In this document: positions 1-8,388 of the stretch, one piece after another
Numbering within the stretch: position 1 is the stretch's first letter
How the letters are laid out: each line of letters opens with the position of its first letter
NCBI GenBank assembly: GCA_946539555.1
Contig: CAMNHN010000001.1
Coordinates: 1,806-65,805 of the forward strand
Source of the DNA: an uncultured Mollicutes bacterium
Lineage (GTDB): Bacteria > Bacillota_I > Bacilli_A > RFN20 > CAG-826
Length of the DNA stretch: 64,000 nucleotides
Reading direction: 5' to 3'
Made by a program: the position numbers and the translations under genes
The notes under the pieces: generated by a model
Database searches by the model: none
What the model was told of the DNA's origin: nothing
Seen by the model: the letters and a program-made list of their open reading frames with translations, nothing else

Positions 1-1
1 A

Positions 2-280
2 ATTGGAGAAACTTCTGAAATTGGTGATCATGTAAAACTTTATCAAGGTGTAACAATTGGAGCTTTATCTTTAAAAGATGGACAAGCTTTAAAAGGAAAG
101 AAAAGACATCCTACAATTTTAAATAATGTCACTATTTATTCAGGAGCATCAATATTTGGCGGAGAAACAGTAATTGGTAATAATGTAATTCTTGGAAGTA
201 ATGTTTTTATTACATCATCTGTTCCTGATAATACAGTTTGTAGATTAACTCCATGTGGTATGGAGAAGATTAAAAAATAA
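2..280 (+). CDS. cysE: Serine O-acetyltransferase, C-terminal part (5' end outside window)
   Basis: Frame 2 is open from the window edge to TAA at 278-280. The translation (...[49 protein letters not shown]...) carries left-handed beta-helix hexapeptide repeats and the KRHPTI motif typical of CysE. Confidence 0.65.
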   Translation: MGETSEIGDHVKLYQGVTIGALSLKDGQALKGKKRHPTILNNVTIYSGASIFGGETVIGNNVILGSNVFITSSVPDNTVCRLTPCGMEKIKK

Positions 281-358
281 AGAAAGAGACAATTTTCAAC
301 AATTTGCTTGATTTGAAAGCCTTCTTTATTGTATATTATTAAAGCACTAAAAATTAAT

Positions 359-435
<77 letters not shown>

Positions 436-449
436 TTTAGTGTATTAAT

Positions 450-524
450 GAGCGTTTAGCTCAGCGGGAGAGCGTTTCCTTCACACGGAAAAGGTCATTG
501 GTTCGAACCCAATAACGCTCACCA
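450..524 (+). tRNA. tRNA-Val (anticodon CAC, read from the loop TTCACAC)
   Basis: Acceptor GAGCGTT/AACGCTC is fully paired, with D stem GCTC/GAGC, anticodon stem TTTCC/GGAAA and T loop TTCGAAC, and CCA is encoded. The anticodon assignment is by eye. Confidence 0.75.
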
Positions 525-530
525 ATATGT

Positions 531-606
531 GCCTTCTTAGCTCATCTGGTAGAGCAACTGATTTGTAATCAGTAGGTGGCTGGTCCGAGTCCGGCAGAAG
601 GCACCA
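531..606 (+). tRNA. tRNA-Thr (anticodon TGT)
   Basis: Acceptor GCCTTCT/AGAAGGC, anticodon stem ACTGA/TCAGT with loop TTTGTAA, T arm GCTGG-TCCGAGT-CCGGC, discriminator A plus CCA. Confidence 0.8.
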
Positions 607-622
607 CTCAATTTGAAAGAAT

Positions 623-647
623 GACTTGTTAATACAAGTCTTTTTTT
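623..647 (+). terminator. Rho-independent terminator of the tRNA operon
   Basis: GACTTGT-taat-ACAAGTC hairpin followed by a T7 run. It lies between the tRNA cluster and the convergent minus-strand gene that ends at 670. Confidence 0.7.
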
Positions 648-669
648 GTTCGTTTTTTATTTAATTAAT

Positions 670-2112
670 TTATTTTAATTCAAAATTATAAAAATCTAAA
701 TTTCCTTTTTCTATCTTAAAAGATAAAAATATAGGACTTTTGCAGGCTTTTTGGCTAATTGAAATTTCAATTTTTTCAAAATATTTTTGATTTTCAATTT
801 CAAAATTAGAAATTTCTTTAGGATTTTCGTTTTCATCAAAAGAAATTCCGACGCTGCCTTTAGCCTTCCCTTTTACGTTTAAAACAATAGAAGTAGTGTT
901 TTCTAAATTGAAATATTTATAGCCAATCAAGCAGCCATCTTTGATATTTTTAATATATTGAGTTTCGTTTATATCTTCGTCTTTTCCACTTTGAGTTATA
1001 TAAGTTTTTGAATGCTTAAATATTTTAAAGAAAGGATAAAAGATATTTCCTTCTTTAGGAATAAGCGTTGAACAAATAGATGCAGGATAGACTCCTTTTC
1101 CTTCTAGTGGCTTTCCATTTAATCCACATGATGTCTTTTCGACTTGTGAAAAAAGGCCATTATTATCAATAAAAATTTCTTCAGCCATGCCTTGACGGTC
1201 AGTATTTGTGAAATTGGTGTGGCGGTGATAGAAGATATACCATTTATCATTTATATTAACTAATCCACCATGATTATTTCCTAGAGGATAAATTGCATCT
1301 TTTTGCTTTCTTTCGTTTAAATAGACATCACCATTACTGATTAAAGTCCCTTTATATTCAAACGGACCAAAAGGAGAAGAAGAAACAGCATAACATAATT
1401 CGTGTCCATTAATTGATGAATAAATTAAATAATATTTTCCATTAATTTTTCTAATTGATGAAGCTTCAAAAAATTCATGTCCAATACTTTTATCATTAGC
1501 TATCCCTTTTTTATTCATGACTTTAATTGGACCTTTGATAATAGTTTTCATGTCTTTATCAAGTTCATAAACATAGCAACCATCAGCTTTTTGACTGTGT
1601 TTAATTTGAGGAAAATATTTATCTGGGCCAAATCCTGAATATAAATAAACACGATTGTCATCGTCAGTTAAAACGCCTGGATCAAATTGAAAGATATCTT
1701 TCTTTTTTAAACCAAGTATTGTGCCGTCTTGATATTTAACGTGATCTAAAAATTCAAAAGGGCCAGAAGGAGATGATGATTTAGCGACGCCTAAATATCC
1801 TGTAAAATTTAATCCATAATAAAGATAAAAATTTCCATCAGGACCTTGAGTAACATCAGGCGCATATAAATTTTTTCTTCCGTATCTATTTTTAGGATCT
1901 TGTGTCTTTTTATAAATCACGCCTTCATAGCGCCAAGAGGATAAATCATCTAAAGGCGCAGAATAAGCTACATAGTTATTTTTACAAAATGAAAAAGCAC
2001 CAAATCTATCATGAGATCCATAAACATAAAGTCTATTATTAAAAATATGAGGTTCTCCATCAGGTATATATTCGTATAATGGTAAATATGGATTATAGAC
2101 TTGCTTTTTCAT
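670..2112 (-). CDS. Glycoside hydrolase family 43-like five-bladed beta-propeller enzyme (beta-xylosidase/alpha-L-arabinofuranosidase-like)
   Basis: 480-aa ORF. The N-terminal NPYLPLYEYIPDGEPHIFNNRLYVYGSHD block resembles GH43 catalytic-domain starts, and the C-terminal beta-sandwich region is typical of two-domain GH43 enzymes. Family assignment is by eye only. Confidence 0.5.
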   Translation of the reverse strand: MKKQVYNPYLPLYEYIPDGEPHIFNNRLYVYGSHDRFGAFSFCKNNYVAYSAPLDDLSSWRYEGVIYKKTQDPKNRYGRKNLYAPDVTQGPDGNFYLYYGLNFTGYLGVAKSSSPSGPFEFLDHVKYQDGTILGLKKKDIFQFDPGVLTDDDNRVYLYSGFGPDKYFPQIKHSQKADGCYVYELDKDMKTIIKGPIKVMNKKGIANDKSIGHEFFEASSIRKINGKYYLIYSSINGHELCYAVSSSPFGPFEYKGTLISNGDVYLNERKQKDAIYPLGNNHGGLVNINDKWYIFYHRHTNFTNTDRQGMAEEIFIDNNGLFSQVEKTSCGLNGKPLEGKGVYPASICSTLIPKEGNIFYPFFKIFKHSKTYITQSGKDEDINETQYIKNIKDGCLIGYKYFNLENTTSIVLNVKGKAKGSVGISFDENENPKEISNFEIENQKYFEKIEISISQKACKSPIFLSFKIEKGNLDFYNFELK

Positions 2113-2152
2113 AAAACGCTGTAAAATTAATGTATTTTTATAAATTTAGCTA

Positions 2153-2728
2153 TTAATTTAATGTATTTGTTGTAATAACAATTATTTCATTTAATTCGTT
2201 TGACAATTTATCTATAGGTTCTTTGAATTCTTCATTAATCCAATTTAATATAACAAAAACAGCACCACCAGCAACAAAGTTGTACCAGAAATTTATTTCT
2301 TCGATTGATTTATTTTTAAATAATTTTGTATAGAAATTATTAACAAGATTTTTAGCCATATCTAAAATTTCAGATAATAAACTTTGTGAGTTGCCGCTAT
2401 ATAGCAAAATCTCACAAAAATCTTTATTAGCATAAATACTCTTTAATAATCCTTTAATAAAATCTGTTGTTGACAAGTTTTCAACATCAACAGTTGAAAG
2501 AAAATCGATAAAAGTATCTTCAAGAAGAGATTTAAATTGGCCAATAATTTGATTTTGAAGATCATCAACATCTTTATAATGACTATAAAAAGTGCCTCTA
2601 TTAACGTCAGCTCGCTCACAAAGGTCTTTTACTGTGATTTTTTTATCTTGTCTTTCTTTTAATAATTCAGCATATGCTTTACGAATCATTAATTTTGTTA
2701 GCTTAATTCTATGGTCTTCTTTTTTCAT
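2153..2728 (-). CDS. TetR/AcrR family transcriptional regulator
   Basis: N-terminal TetR-type HTH (LTKLMIRKAYAELLKERQDKKITVKDLCERADVNRGTFYSHYKDVDDL). It sits immediately downstream of the GH43 gene in the same orientation. Confidence 0.8.
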   Translation of the reverse strand: MKKEDHRIKLTKLMIRKAYAELLKERQDKKITVKDLCERADVNRGTFYSHYKDVDDLQNQIIGQFKSLLEDTFIDFLSTVDVENLSTTDFIKGLLKSIYANKDFCEILLYSGNSQSLLSEILDMAKNLVNNFYTKLFKNKSIEEINFWYNFVAGGAVFVILNWINEEFKEPIDKLSNELNEIIVITTNTLN

Positions 2729-2817
2729 AATGCAAGTTTATCAACATTTCTTCCTTTTATGTCTATTATTTTACACTTAAAAGCATTCAAATGAAACAAC
2801 TAATATAAATATATTTA

Positions 2818-2846
2818 TTGATTTTTAATGTCTCTATTGATAAAAT
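2818..2846 (+). promoter_or_regulatory. Sigma-A-like promoter for tRNA-His (TTGATT, 17 bp, TAAAAT)
   Basis: -35 TTGATT at 2818-2823, a 17-nt spacer, and -10 TAAAAT at 2841-2846, which is 11 nt upstream of tRNA G-1. Confidence 0.5.
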
Positions 2847-2857
2847 TTTTAAACAAT

Positions 2858-2934
2858 GGCGAAATTGGAGAAGCGGTTAACTCACCTGGCTGTGAACCAG
2901 GCATGCACCGGTTCGATCCCGGTATTTCGCCCCA
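2858..2934 (+). tRNA. tRNA-His (anticodon GTG) with genomically encoded G-1
   Basis: GGCGAAAT...ATTTCGC-C-CCA. The extra 5' G pairs with discriminator C73, which is the hallmark of tRNA-His. Anticodon stem is CCTGG/CCAGG with loop CTGTGAA, and the T arm is ACCGG-TTCGATC-CCGGT. The six-frame ORFs 2815..3006(-) and 2828..3043(+) lie over this tRNA and are spurious. Confidence 0.85.
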
Positions 2935-2947
2935 ATCGCGAAATAAC

Positions 2948-2977
2948 GAACCGATGCATGCGCAAAGGTTCTTTTTT
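2948..2977 (+). terminator. Probable terminator after tRNA-His
   Basis: GAACC...GGTTC stem around a GCATGC-containing loop, followed by TTTTTT. Confidence 0.45.
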
Positions 2978-3065
2978 ATAATTTTATTAGTAGATTTTAA
3001 ACTCAACCAGCAGTATGTAGAAAAAAATGAATATGTATTTTAAATTGATAGCGTAGGAGAAAATT

Positions 3066-3689
3066 ATGAATCTTATCAAAATTGGAAAATTTATCGCTAA
3101 AAAGAGAAAAGAGAAAAATTTGACACAAGTTCAACTTGCTGAAATTTTAAACGTTACCGATAGAGCAATTTCTAAACGGGAATGTGGTAGATCAATGCCC
3201 GATTCATCTATTATGCTTCAATTATCTGAAACTCTTGATATTAGCGTAAATGAACTATTATCTGGGGAGGAATTAAAAATGAATAACTATGATAATCAAG
3301 CCGATATAACTTTAATTGAAATTACAAAAGAAAAAGAAGAATCTGATAAAAGACTCCTTAAAGGAGAGATTATTTTTGGTATAGGAGGAACTATATTATT
3401 TATTCTTTTATTATTAACAGGAGTTTATTTACTTAATGAATATAGTTCACTATTATGGTTAGGGATTACATTTATTGTCGTTGGTATAGTTGAATTTTCT
3501 GTTGCTATATTTTTTGCCTTACGTATTGAGCAAAAAGCTGGTTACTATGAATGTAAGGAATGCGGCCATAAATATAAGCCAACATATGGACAAGTGCTTT
3601 TTGCATTACATGTAAATAGAACTAGATACATGAAATGCCCACATTGTAAGAAAAGATCACGGAATAAAAAAGTGATTTCTGATAAATAA
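3066..3689 (+). CDS. Membrane-tethered XRE-family HTH regulator with two TM helices and a C-terminal Cys4 zinc ribbon
   Basis: N-terminal HTH_XRE (LTQVQLAEILNVTDRAISKRECG), two hydrophobic helices (IIFGIGGTILFILLLLTGVYLL and LGITFIVVGIVEFSVAIFFAL), and C-terminal CKECGH...CPHCKK. An AGGAG RBS lies upstream. Confidence 0.7.
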   Translation: MNLIKIGKFIAKKRKEKNLTQVQLAEILNVTDRAISKRECGRSMPDSSIMLQLSETLDISVNELLSGEELKMNNYDNQADITLIEITKEKEESDKRLLKGEIIFGIGGTILFILLLLTGVYLLNEYSSLLWLGITFIVVGIVEFSVAIFFALRIEQKAGYYECKECGHKYKPTYGQVLFALHVNRTRYMKCPHCKKRSRNKKVISDK

Positions 3690-3800
3690 TAAATTGATTT
3701 TTAATTTTATAAAATTAAATAAATGAATCTATATTCATATTTTTCATATTGAATGTTGAAAAAATAGGATTAAAATTATAGGTCGTTAGGAGCAATAATT

Positions 3801-4130
3801 ATGAAACATTTATTATTTGCAGTATTTGAAAACACTGATGAAACTCACGATTTGATTCATGAATTAGCTGAAAAAGGAATTAATGGTACAGCACTTGCAT
3901 CCACTAGTTTAAGACATATTCTTCATTCAATTGAAGAAGAAAGAACTTTTATAACTTTACGACAACTTGAAAAACAACAATTTGAGGATAACACAACTTT
4001 TTACACAATTGTTGATGAAGAAAAGCTAGACGAAGTCTTAAATATTATTAGAAAAGGAACTAATAATTTTAAAGATATTAAAGGCGGAATGTTTGTTTTG
4101 CCTGTAGAAAGATACGAAGGTTCATTTTAA
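3801..4130 (+). CDS. PII-like signal-transduction protein (GlnB/DarA/SbtB superfamily fold)
   Basis: 109 aa with the beta-alpha-beta PII pattern: MKHLLFAVF...DLIHELAEKGINGTALASTS, then a loop, then NTTFYTIVDEEKLDEVLNIIRKG, then GGMFVLPVERYEGSF. The C-terminal GG-x-FVLPV-x-F resembles both GlnB (GKIFVFDV) and DarA/PstA (GGATVFVLPVDEF). It lacks the GlnB T-loop signature. It ends 9 nt upstream of the antiporter gene. Confidence 0.5.
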   Translation: MKHLLFAVFENTDETHDLIHELAEKGINGTALASTSLRHILHSIEEERTFITLRQLEKQQFEDNTTFYTIVDEEKLDEVLNIIRKGTNNFKDIKGGMFVLPVERYEGSF

Positions 4131-4139
4131 AAAAATATT

Positions 4140-5471
4140 ATGAATGTTTTGCTTTGTATAGCAATAGCTTTTGCTGTTGGTCTTTTGTCTTCAAGATTAA
4201 TGAAATTAATTAATCTTCCAAATGTTACTGGATATTTAATTGCTGGAATAATTTTTGGTCCTTATGTTCTTGGAAGATTTTTTGGCTGGTCACTTGATGC
4301 TCCAAATTCTTTAAATGCTCAAACAATGAATTTGATTAGCAACGTAGCACTAGGATTTATTGCTTTTTCAATAGGTTCTTCCTTTAAATTATCTGCTATT
4401 AAGTCAGTAGGAAAAAGTATCGTTGTTATCACGATTTTTGAAGCTTTAATGGCTGCGATTTTTGTAATTATTGGATTATTTTTAACAAAAATATTTATTA
4501 AAGAAATTCCAATTGAAATCATTTTGACTGTTGGAGCAATTGCTTGTGCAACAGCACCAGCTGCAACATTAATGGTTATAAAACAATATAAAGCTAAAGG
4601 TCCTTTAGTTAATACATTATTACCAGTTGTTGCTTTTGATGATGCAGTAGCTTTAATTGCTTTTTCAATTTTATTTTCAACAGCTAAAGCAATGGCAAAA
4701 GGAAGTAATCCAAATGTAATGGATTTAGTAGTTTGGCCACTTGTTTCTATTATTGGAAGCGTATTAATAGGATTTATCCTTGGAGTTATTATAAGTTTCG
4801 GTCATAAATTATTTAAATCAAGAAGCAATAGATTAATTATGAGTATTGCTGGAATTTTAGTTTGTGTTGGTGTTTCTATTGTTGATTTTAAAGCGTTGTG
4901 GGGTGTTGATATTTCTATTTCTGGATTATTAAGTGCAATGATGATTGGAGCAGTAATAGTTAATATGAGAAAAGATTCTGATCGATTATTTGAAAGAATG
5001 GAATATTTTACAGCGCCAATTTTTATGTTATTTTTCGTAATTTCTGGAGCTTCATTAGATATAACAATTTTTGCTTCATCAAATGTAGGAATTGTATTAG
5101 CAATTTCCGCTGTATATCTTGTATTTAGAGCAATGGGAAAATGGGTTGGGGCATTCAGCTCAGCAAAAATGGTTCGAGCAGAACCTACTGTTCAAAAATA
5201 TCTAGGATTCACCCTTATTCCTCAAGCTGGTGTAGCAATTGGTTTAGCAACAACCGCATCACAAACTTTAATTGCTGAAGGTAGAACGTTAGTCGATGAA
5301 CTTGGAAATATTACTGAAGCAGGAAGTCAACTTGTGACTTATGGTGGAATGATTTTAGCAATAATTCTGTCATCAACTGTAATATATGAAATCTTTGGTC
5401 CAATTATTACAAAACTTGCATTAACTAAAGCAGGCGAGATTGAAAAACCTGTTAAAACCTTACAAAAATAA
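4140..5471 (+). CDS. Cation:proton antiporter (CPA/Na_H_Exchanger family), membrane domain only, no RCK domain
   Basis: 443 aa, polytopic. The N-terminus (LINLPNVTGYLIAGIIFGPYVLG) matches the hallmark TM1-2 region of NapA/KefB-type CPA antiporters, and there is no soluble C-terminal domain. Confidence 0.75.
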   Translation: MNVLLCIAIAFAVGLLSSRLMKLINLPNVTGYLIAGIIFGPYVLGRFFGWSLDAPNSLNAQTMNLISNVALGFIAFSIGSSFKLSAIKSVGKSIVVITIFEALMAAIFVIIGLFLTKIFIKEIPIEIILTVGAIACATAPAATLMVIKQYKAKGPLVNTLLPVVAFDDAVALIAFSILFSTAKAMAKGSNPNVMDLVVWPLVSIIGSVLIGFILGVIISFGHKLFKSRSNRLIMSIAGILVCVGVSIVDFKALWGVDISISGLLSAMMIGAVIVNMRKDSDRLFERMEYFTAPIFMLFFVISGASLDITIFASSNVGIVLAISAVYLVFRAMGKWVGAFSSAKMVRAEPTVQKYLGFTLIPQAGVAIGLATTASQTLIAEGRTLVDELGNITEAGSQLVTYGGMILAIILSSTVIYEIFGPIITKLALTKAGEIEKPVKTLQK

Positions 5472-5472
5472 A

Positions 5473-5504
5473 AACTCCTTTGATGAAAAGGAGTTGTTTT
5501 TTTT
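5473..5504. terminator. Bidirectional rho-independent terminator shared by the antiporter gene (+) and ssrA (-)
   Basis: AACTCCTTT-gatga-AAAGGAGTT hairpin flanked by an A-run upstream and T8 downstream, so it is functional on both strands. Confidence 0.75.
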
Positions 5505-5510
5505 ATTAAG

Positions 5511-5916
5511 TGGTGGAGATGAGGAGAATCGAACTCCTGTCTTCGAAAGATCCCCCAATAGCGCCTACAGTTTATGGCCTTTCAAATCTTAATACATAAT
5601 CAAGGAATGGCCCCCAAGCAAATGTATAGTAACTTTAGGGTTTTCGTCGCTAAATCAAAGTTAAGATTTTTGCGCTTATCACTCAAAATCTGACATTCAA
5701 GAATTAGTAGAGTGAATACCAATTAATGAACGGGCTCTTTCGCAACTGTGTGCGACTAATCTATTTGGCTAAAATTAAGCAAGAGCAACAGATGTACGAA
5801 CATTGTTCAACATCCATGGTTTGACTTCTTTGTCATTTATTCTTTTTTTGATCTTATAGTCTATCAGACTACTGCAGCTAATGACCTATCTTCCGAATCG
5901 AAACCAGAACATCCCC
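5511..5916 (-). ncRNA. ssrA: tmRNA (ssrA, transfer-messenger RNA)
   Basis: Minus-strand 5' end GGGGATGTTCTGGTTTCGATTCGG matches the canonical GGGGcUGaUUCUGGaUUCGAc start. The 3' end ...GGAGTTCGATTCTCCTCATCTCCACCA has a T-arm and encoded CCA. The acceptor stem pairs G1-C, G2-C, G3:U70 (the alanine identity pair), G4-C and so on. An internal tag reading frame ends ...N-N-V-R-T-S-V-A-L-A-TAA at 5775-5777. Length is about 406 nt. This region has no ORFs. Confidence 0.9.
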
Positions 5917-5926
5917 AAGTAGAAAA

Positions 5927-5955
5927 ATAATAAACTTAGGAATTTTCAAAGTCAA
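5927..5955 (-). promoter_or_regulatory. ssrA promoter (TTGACT, 17 bp, TATTAT)
   Basis: On the minus strand, TTGACT (complement of 5950-5955), a 17-nt spacer, and TATTAT (complement of 5927-5932) lie about 10 nt upstream of the mature 5' GGGG. Confidence 0.55.
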
Positions 5956-6029
5956 TAGTAAATTCTATTTTTCTCAAAATTTAGTAAAAAACTCTTAAAA
6001 CGGGATTATTTTATAAAATAAAGAGGCGT

Positions 6030-6764
6030 TTAAGCCTCTTTATTAAGTGTATTTCTAACGTCTTTATAGTCAAGTCTTTGGAAAGTGATTGTATCGGTTT
6101 TTCCTTTTACTTGAGCTAAAGATTCAGGTGTTTCAATTGTCCAGCAATTAACAAAATGTTTCTTTTGATATCTCTTTACTTTTGGCCAATCTAACATTTG
6201 ATATTCAACATCAACTGATTCAAATCTAGAATGGAATATCCAAGTCCATTTATGAGAGATTGCAACAAGGAAGGATCTAACAAAGCCAAATTTTTTACAA
6301 GCGAATAATGCACGAGGATCAAAAGCAATTAAAATAATATTCTTTTTATCTTTAATTCTTTGGAGCTCAACGTTAACTCTTGCAGCAAGAGGTTTATTGT
6401 TTTTCTTCCAAGTTTTTAATTCTAAAAATATAGGAACTTGCTCGTTTACAAGATCTAAAACTTCTTGTAATGTAGGAACTTCTGAGCCATCTAAAAGACG
6501 ATAGTTATCTTTAATTTCCTTGACAGTTAAATCTTCGATAATACCTTCTTTTCCGGTAGTTCTAATTAAGTTTTCATCGTGACAAACAATAAGTTGATTA
6601 TCTTTTGTTAAATGCACATCTAATTCGATAGCTACGCCATTTTCAAGAGCCGCTTTAAAAGCAGGGATGCCATTTTCAGTTCTTTCTTCGTTCCAATATC
6701 CTCTATGAGCAATGCCTTTTAGAGCAATCGGATTAATTGAGTTAATAAAATCTTGTTTTTTCAT
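6030..6764 (-). CDS. glpQ: Glycerophosphodiester phosphodiesterase (GDPD family)
   Basis: GIAHRGYWNEERTENGIPAFKAALENGVAIELDVHLTKDNQLIVCHDENL matches the GDPD catalytic HR...E...D...H block. The stop is followed by the hairpin AAAGAGGCGTTTAAGCCTCTTT. Confidence 0.85.
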   Translation of the reverse strand: MKKQDFINSINPIALKGIAHRGYWNEERTENGIPAFKAALENGVAIELDVHLTKDNQLIVCHDENLIRTTGKEGIIEDLTVKEIKDNYRLLDGSEVPTLQEVLDLVNEQVPIFLELKTWKKNNKPLAARVNVELQRIKDKKNIILIAFDPRALFACKKFGFVRSFLVAISHKWTWIFHSRFESVDVEYQMLDWPKVKRYQKKHFVNCWTIETPESLAQVKGKTDTITFQRLDYKDVRNTLNKEA

Positions 6765-6766
6765 AA

Positions 6767-8227
6767 TTAATCGTTGTCACCGATTGCTTCTAAACCAACC
6801 TTTAAGTCATCTTTAGATTTGTTAAGTCTAACATTCTTAACAAAGAAGAAGATGACGGTTGAAACTACCATACATGAAAGTGCATATACTGGAAGTAATT
6901 CAAATCCAAAGTTAGGATTAAGCATTAATAAACCAAGTGTACATGGTGTGATTGTTTGAGCAAACATTGAAGAAGCATAGTAATATCCTGTGAACTGACC
7001 AATCTTTTTTGCTGAACAAAGTTCAACAACCATTGGAAATGAGTTAACATGAACAAGAGACATTGCATAGCCCTTAACAGCAAATAAAATGAACATATAA
7101 ATTGGGAATGGATTAGGTATTGTTTTCCCATCAACGACTTGAGGTACAGCTGGTGGCATTGAGAAACTTAAAACTGTCCAAATAACATATGATAAAACAG
7201 TGACAACAAGACCGATTGTTAAGGTCCGTTTTCTTCCTATCTTTTTGACAATATAGCCAGCAGTAGCAAAACCAACAACTGACATAAGACCACTAATAAT
7301 TGTATTGATACTTAATTGACCAGTTGAAGCTTGTAGATGGTAACGAGTATAGTTTGTTAAGAATGTTGAAACGCCATTATCAGCCATGAACCAGAAGAAT
7401 TCTGCAACAAGAATAAGAATTAACATTGTCTTGTTGGCTTTTGACATTGGTTTTTTATCATCGTTTTCGACACTATCAGCGATTTCAGCTTCTTTTTCAC
7501 CGGCTGCTAAATCGTCTCTAATTTGTTCTTTAACTTCATTTTCTTTGATTTTGAAGAAAAGGACAAGTGCAGAAACAACCATTAAAACTGAGGCAAGCAA
7601 GAAAGGAATTTCAATGACCCAGAGGTTATGATATTGCCATTCAGCCCCTTCAGTTTTTGTAAAATAATATGATAAAACTAAGAAAAGACCTAAAACTGTA
7701 GGAACAGCACCACCAATATAACCCATAATGTTGATGATTCCGTTAGCTTTTGATCTTAGTGGTTTTGGTGTTAAATCAGGCATTAAAGCAACAGCTGGGT
7801 TACGATACATCATTGCAAAAATAACGGTAACTATCATTAAAAGAATTAATGTAACTAAGCTATTAAAATGGAATGCAATTGGAATAAATGGGAATGCGAC
7901 AGCACAAACAAATGTTCCTATTAATATATAAGGCATTCTCTTACCAATTTTGGTATTGGTTTTATCTGATAATTTACCAAATATAGGCATTAAAATTAAA
8001 GCGGATAAATTATCGATTGCCATCATAATTCCAACTAACCATTGAACTTCGGTTGGTTCAGTTGTACCAAATGCACTCATGAAAAGTTCTGATAAGAAGG
8101 AGGAACAATAAGAGTCCCAGACTTGCCACATCAATAAGATTCCAAAGAATGCAAAGCCAATGATGAACGTTCTCTTATAGTTAAGTTTAAGTCCACCAGA
8201 ATTGGCTTTCTCTACTTTTTCACTCAT
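6767..8227 (-). CDS. MFS transporter, possibly glycerophosphodiester/sugar-phosphate uptake (co-oriented with glpQ, 2-nt gap)
   Basis: 486 aa with about 12 TM segments and a charged central loop. It sits immediately upstream of glpQ in an operon-like arrangement reminiscent of GlpU-GlpQ pairs. Confidence 0.6.
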   Translation of the reverse strand: MSEKVEKANSGGLKLNYKRTFIIGFAFFGILLMWQVWDSYCSSFLSELFMSAFGTTEPTEVQWLVGIMMAIDNLSALILMPIFGKLSDKTNTKIGKRMPYILIGTFVCAVAFPFIPIAFHFNSLVTLILLMIVTVIFAMMYRNPAVALMPDLTPKPLRSKANGIINIMGYIGGAVPTVLGLFLVLSYYFTKTEGAEWQYHNLWVIEIPFLLASVLMVVSALVLFFKIKENEVKEQIRDDLAAGEKEAEIADSVENDDKKPMSKANKTMLILILVAEFFWFMADNGVSTFLTNYTRYHLQASTGQLSINTIISGLMSVVGFATAGYIVKKIGRKRTLTIGLVVTVLSYVIWTVLSFSMPPAVPQVVDGKTIPNPFPIYMFILFAVKGYAMSLVHVNSFPMVVELCSAKKIGQFTGYYYASSMFAQTITPCTLGLLMLNPNFGFELLPVYALSCMVVSTVIFFFVKNVRLNKSKDDLKVGLEAIGDND

Positions 8228-8388
8228 AAGAATTCTCCTTTCTGAATAAATTTATGTAGTAAATAGTAATTTGAAATTAAAAACCTTGCAAAACTCAATT
8301 ATTTTTATAATTATTTAAAAACTAATTGATATATAAATTTTTTATAAATATATTTTATATCTATAAATATTGAATTACAAAGGTAAGT

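Noticed and set aside
2815-3043. Two mutually overlapping ORFs (63 and 71 aa) from the six-frame track
   Set aside because: The region is a tRNA-His gene plus its terminator. The ORFs are composition artefacts.
3690-3800. c-di-AMP (ydaO-type) riboswitch upstream of the PII-like/antiporter pair
   Set aside because: The 111-bp leader is almost pure A/T, with none of the GC-rich pseudo-symmetric helices of that riboswitch.
5505-6029. Genomic island or integrase at the tmRNA 3' flank
   Set aside because: Both flanks are ordinary chromosomal genes (antiporter, glpQ). There is no integrase and no duplicated ssrA 3' segment.
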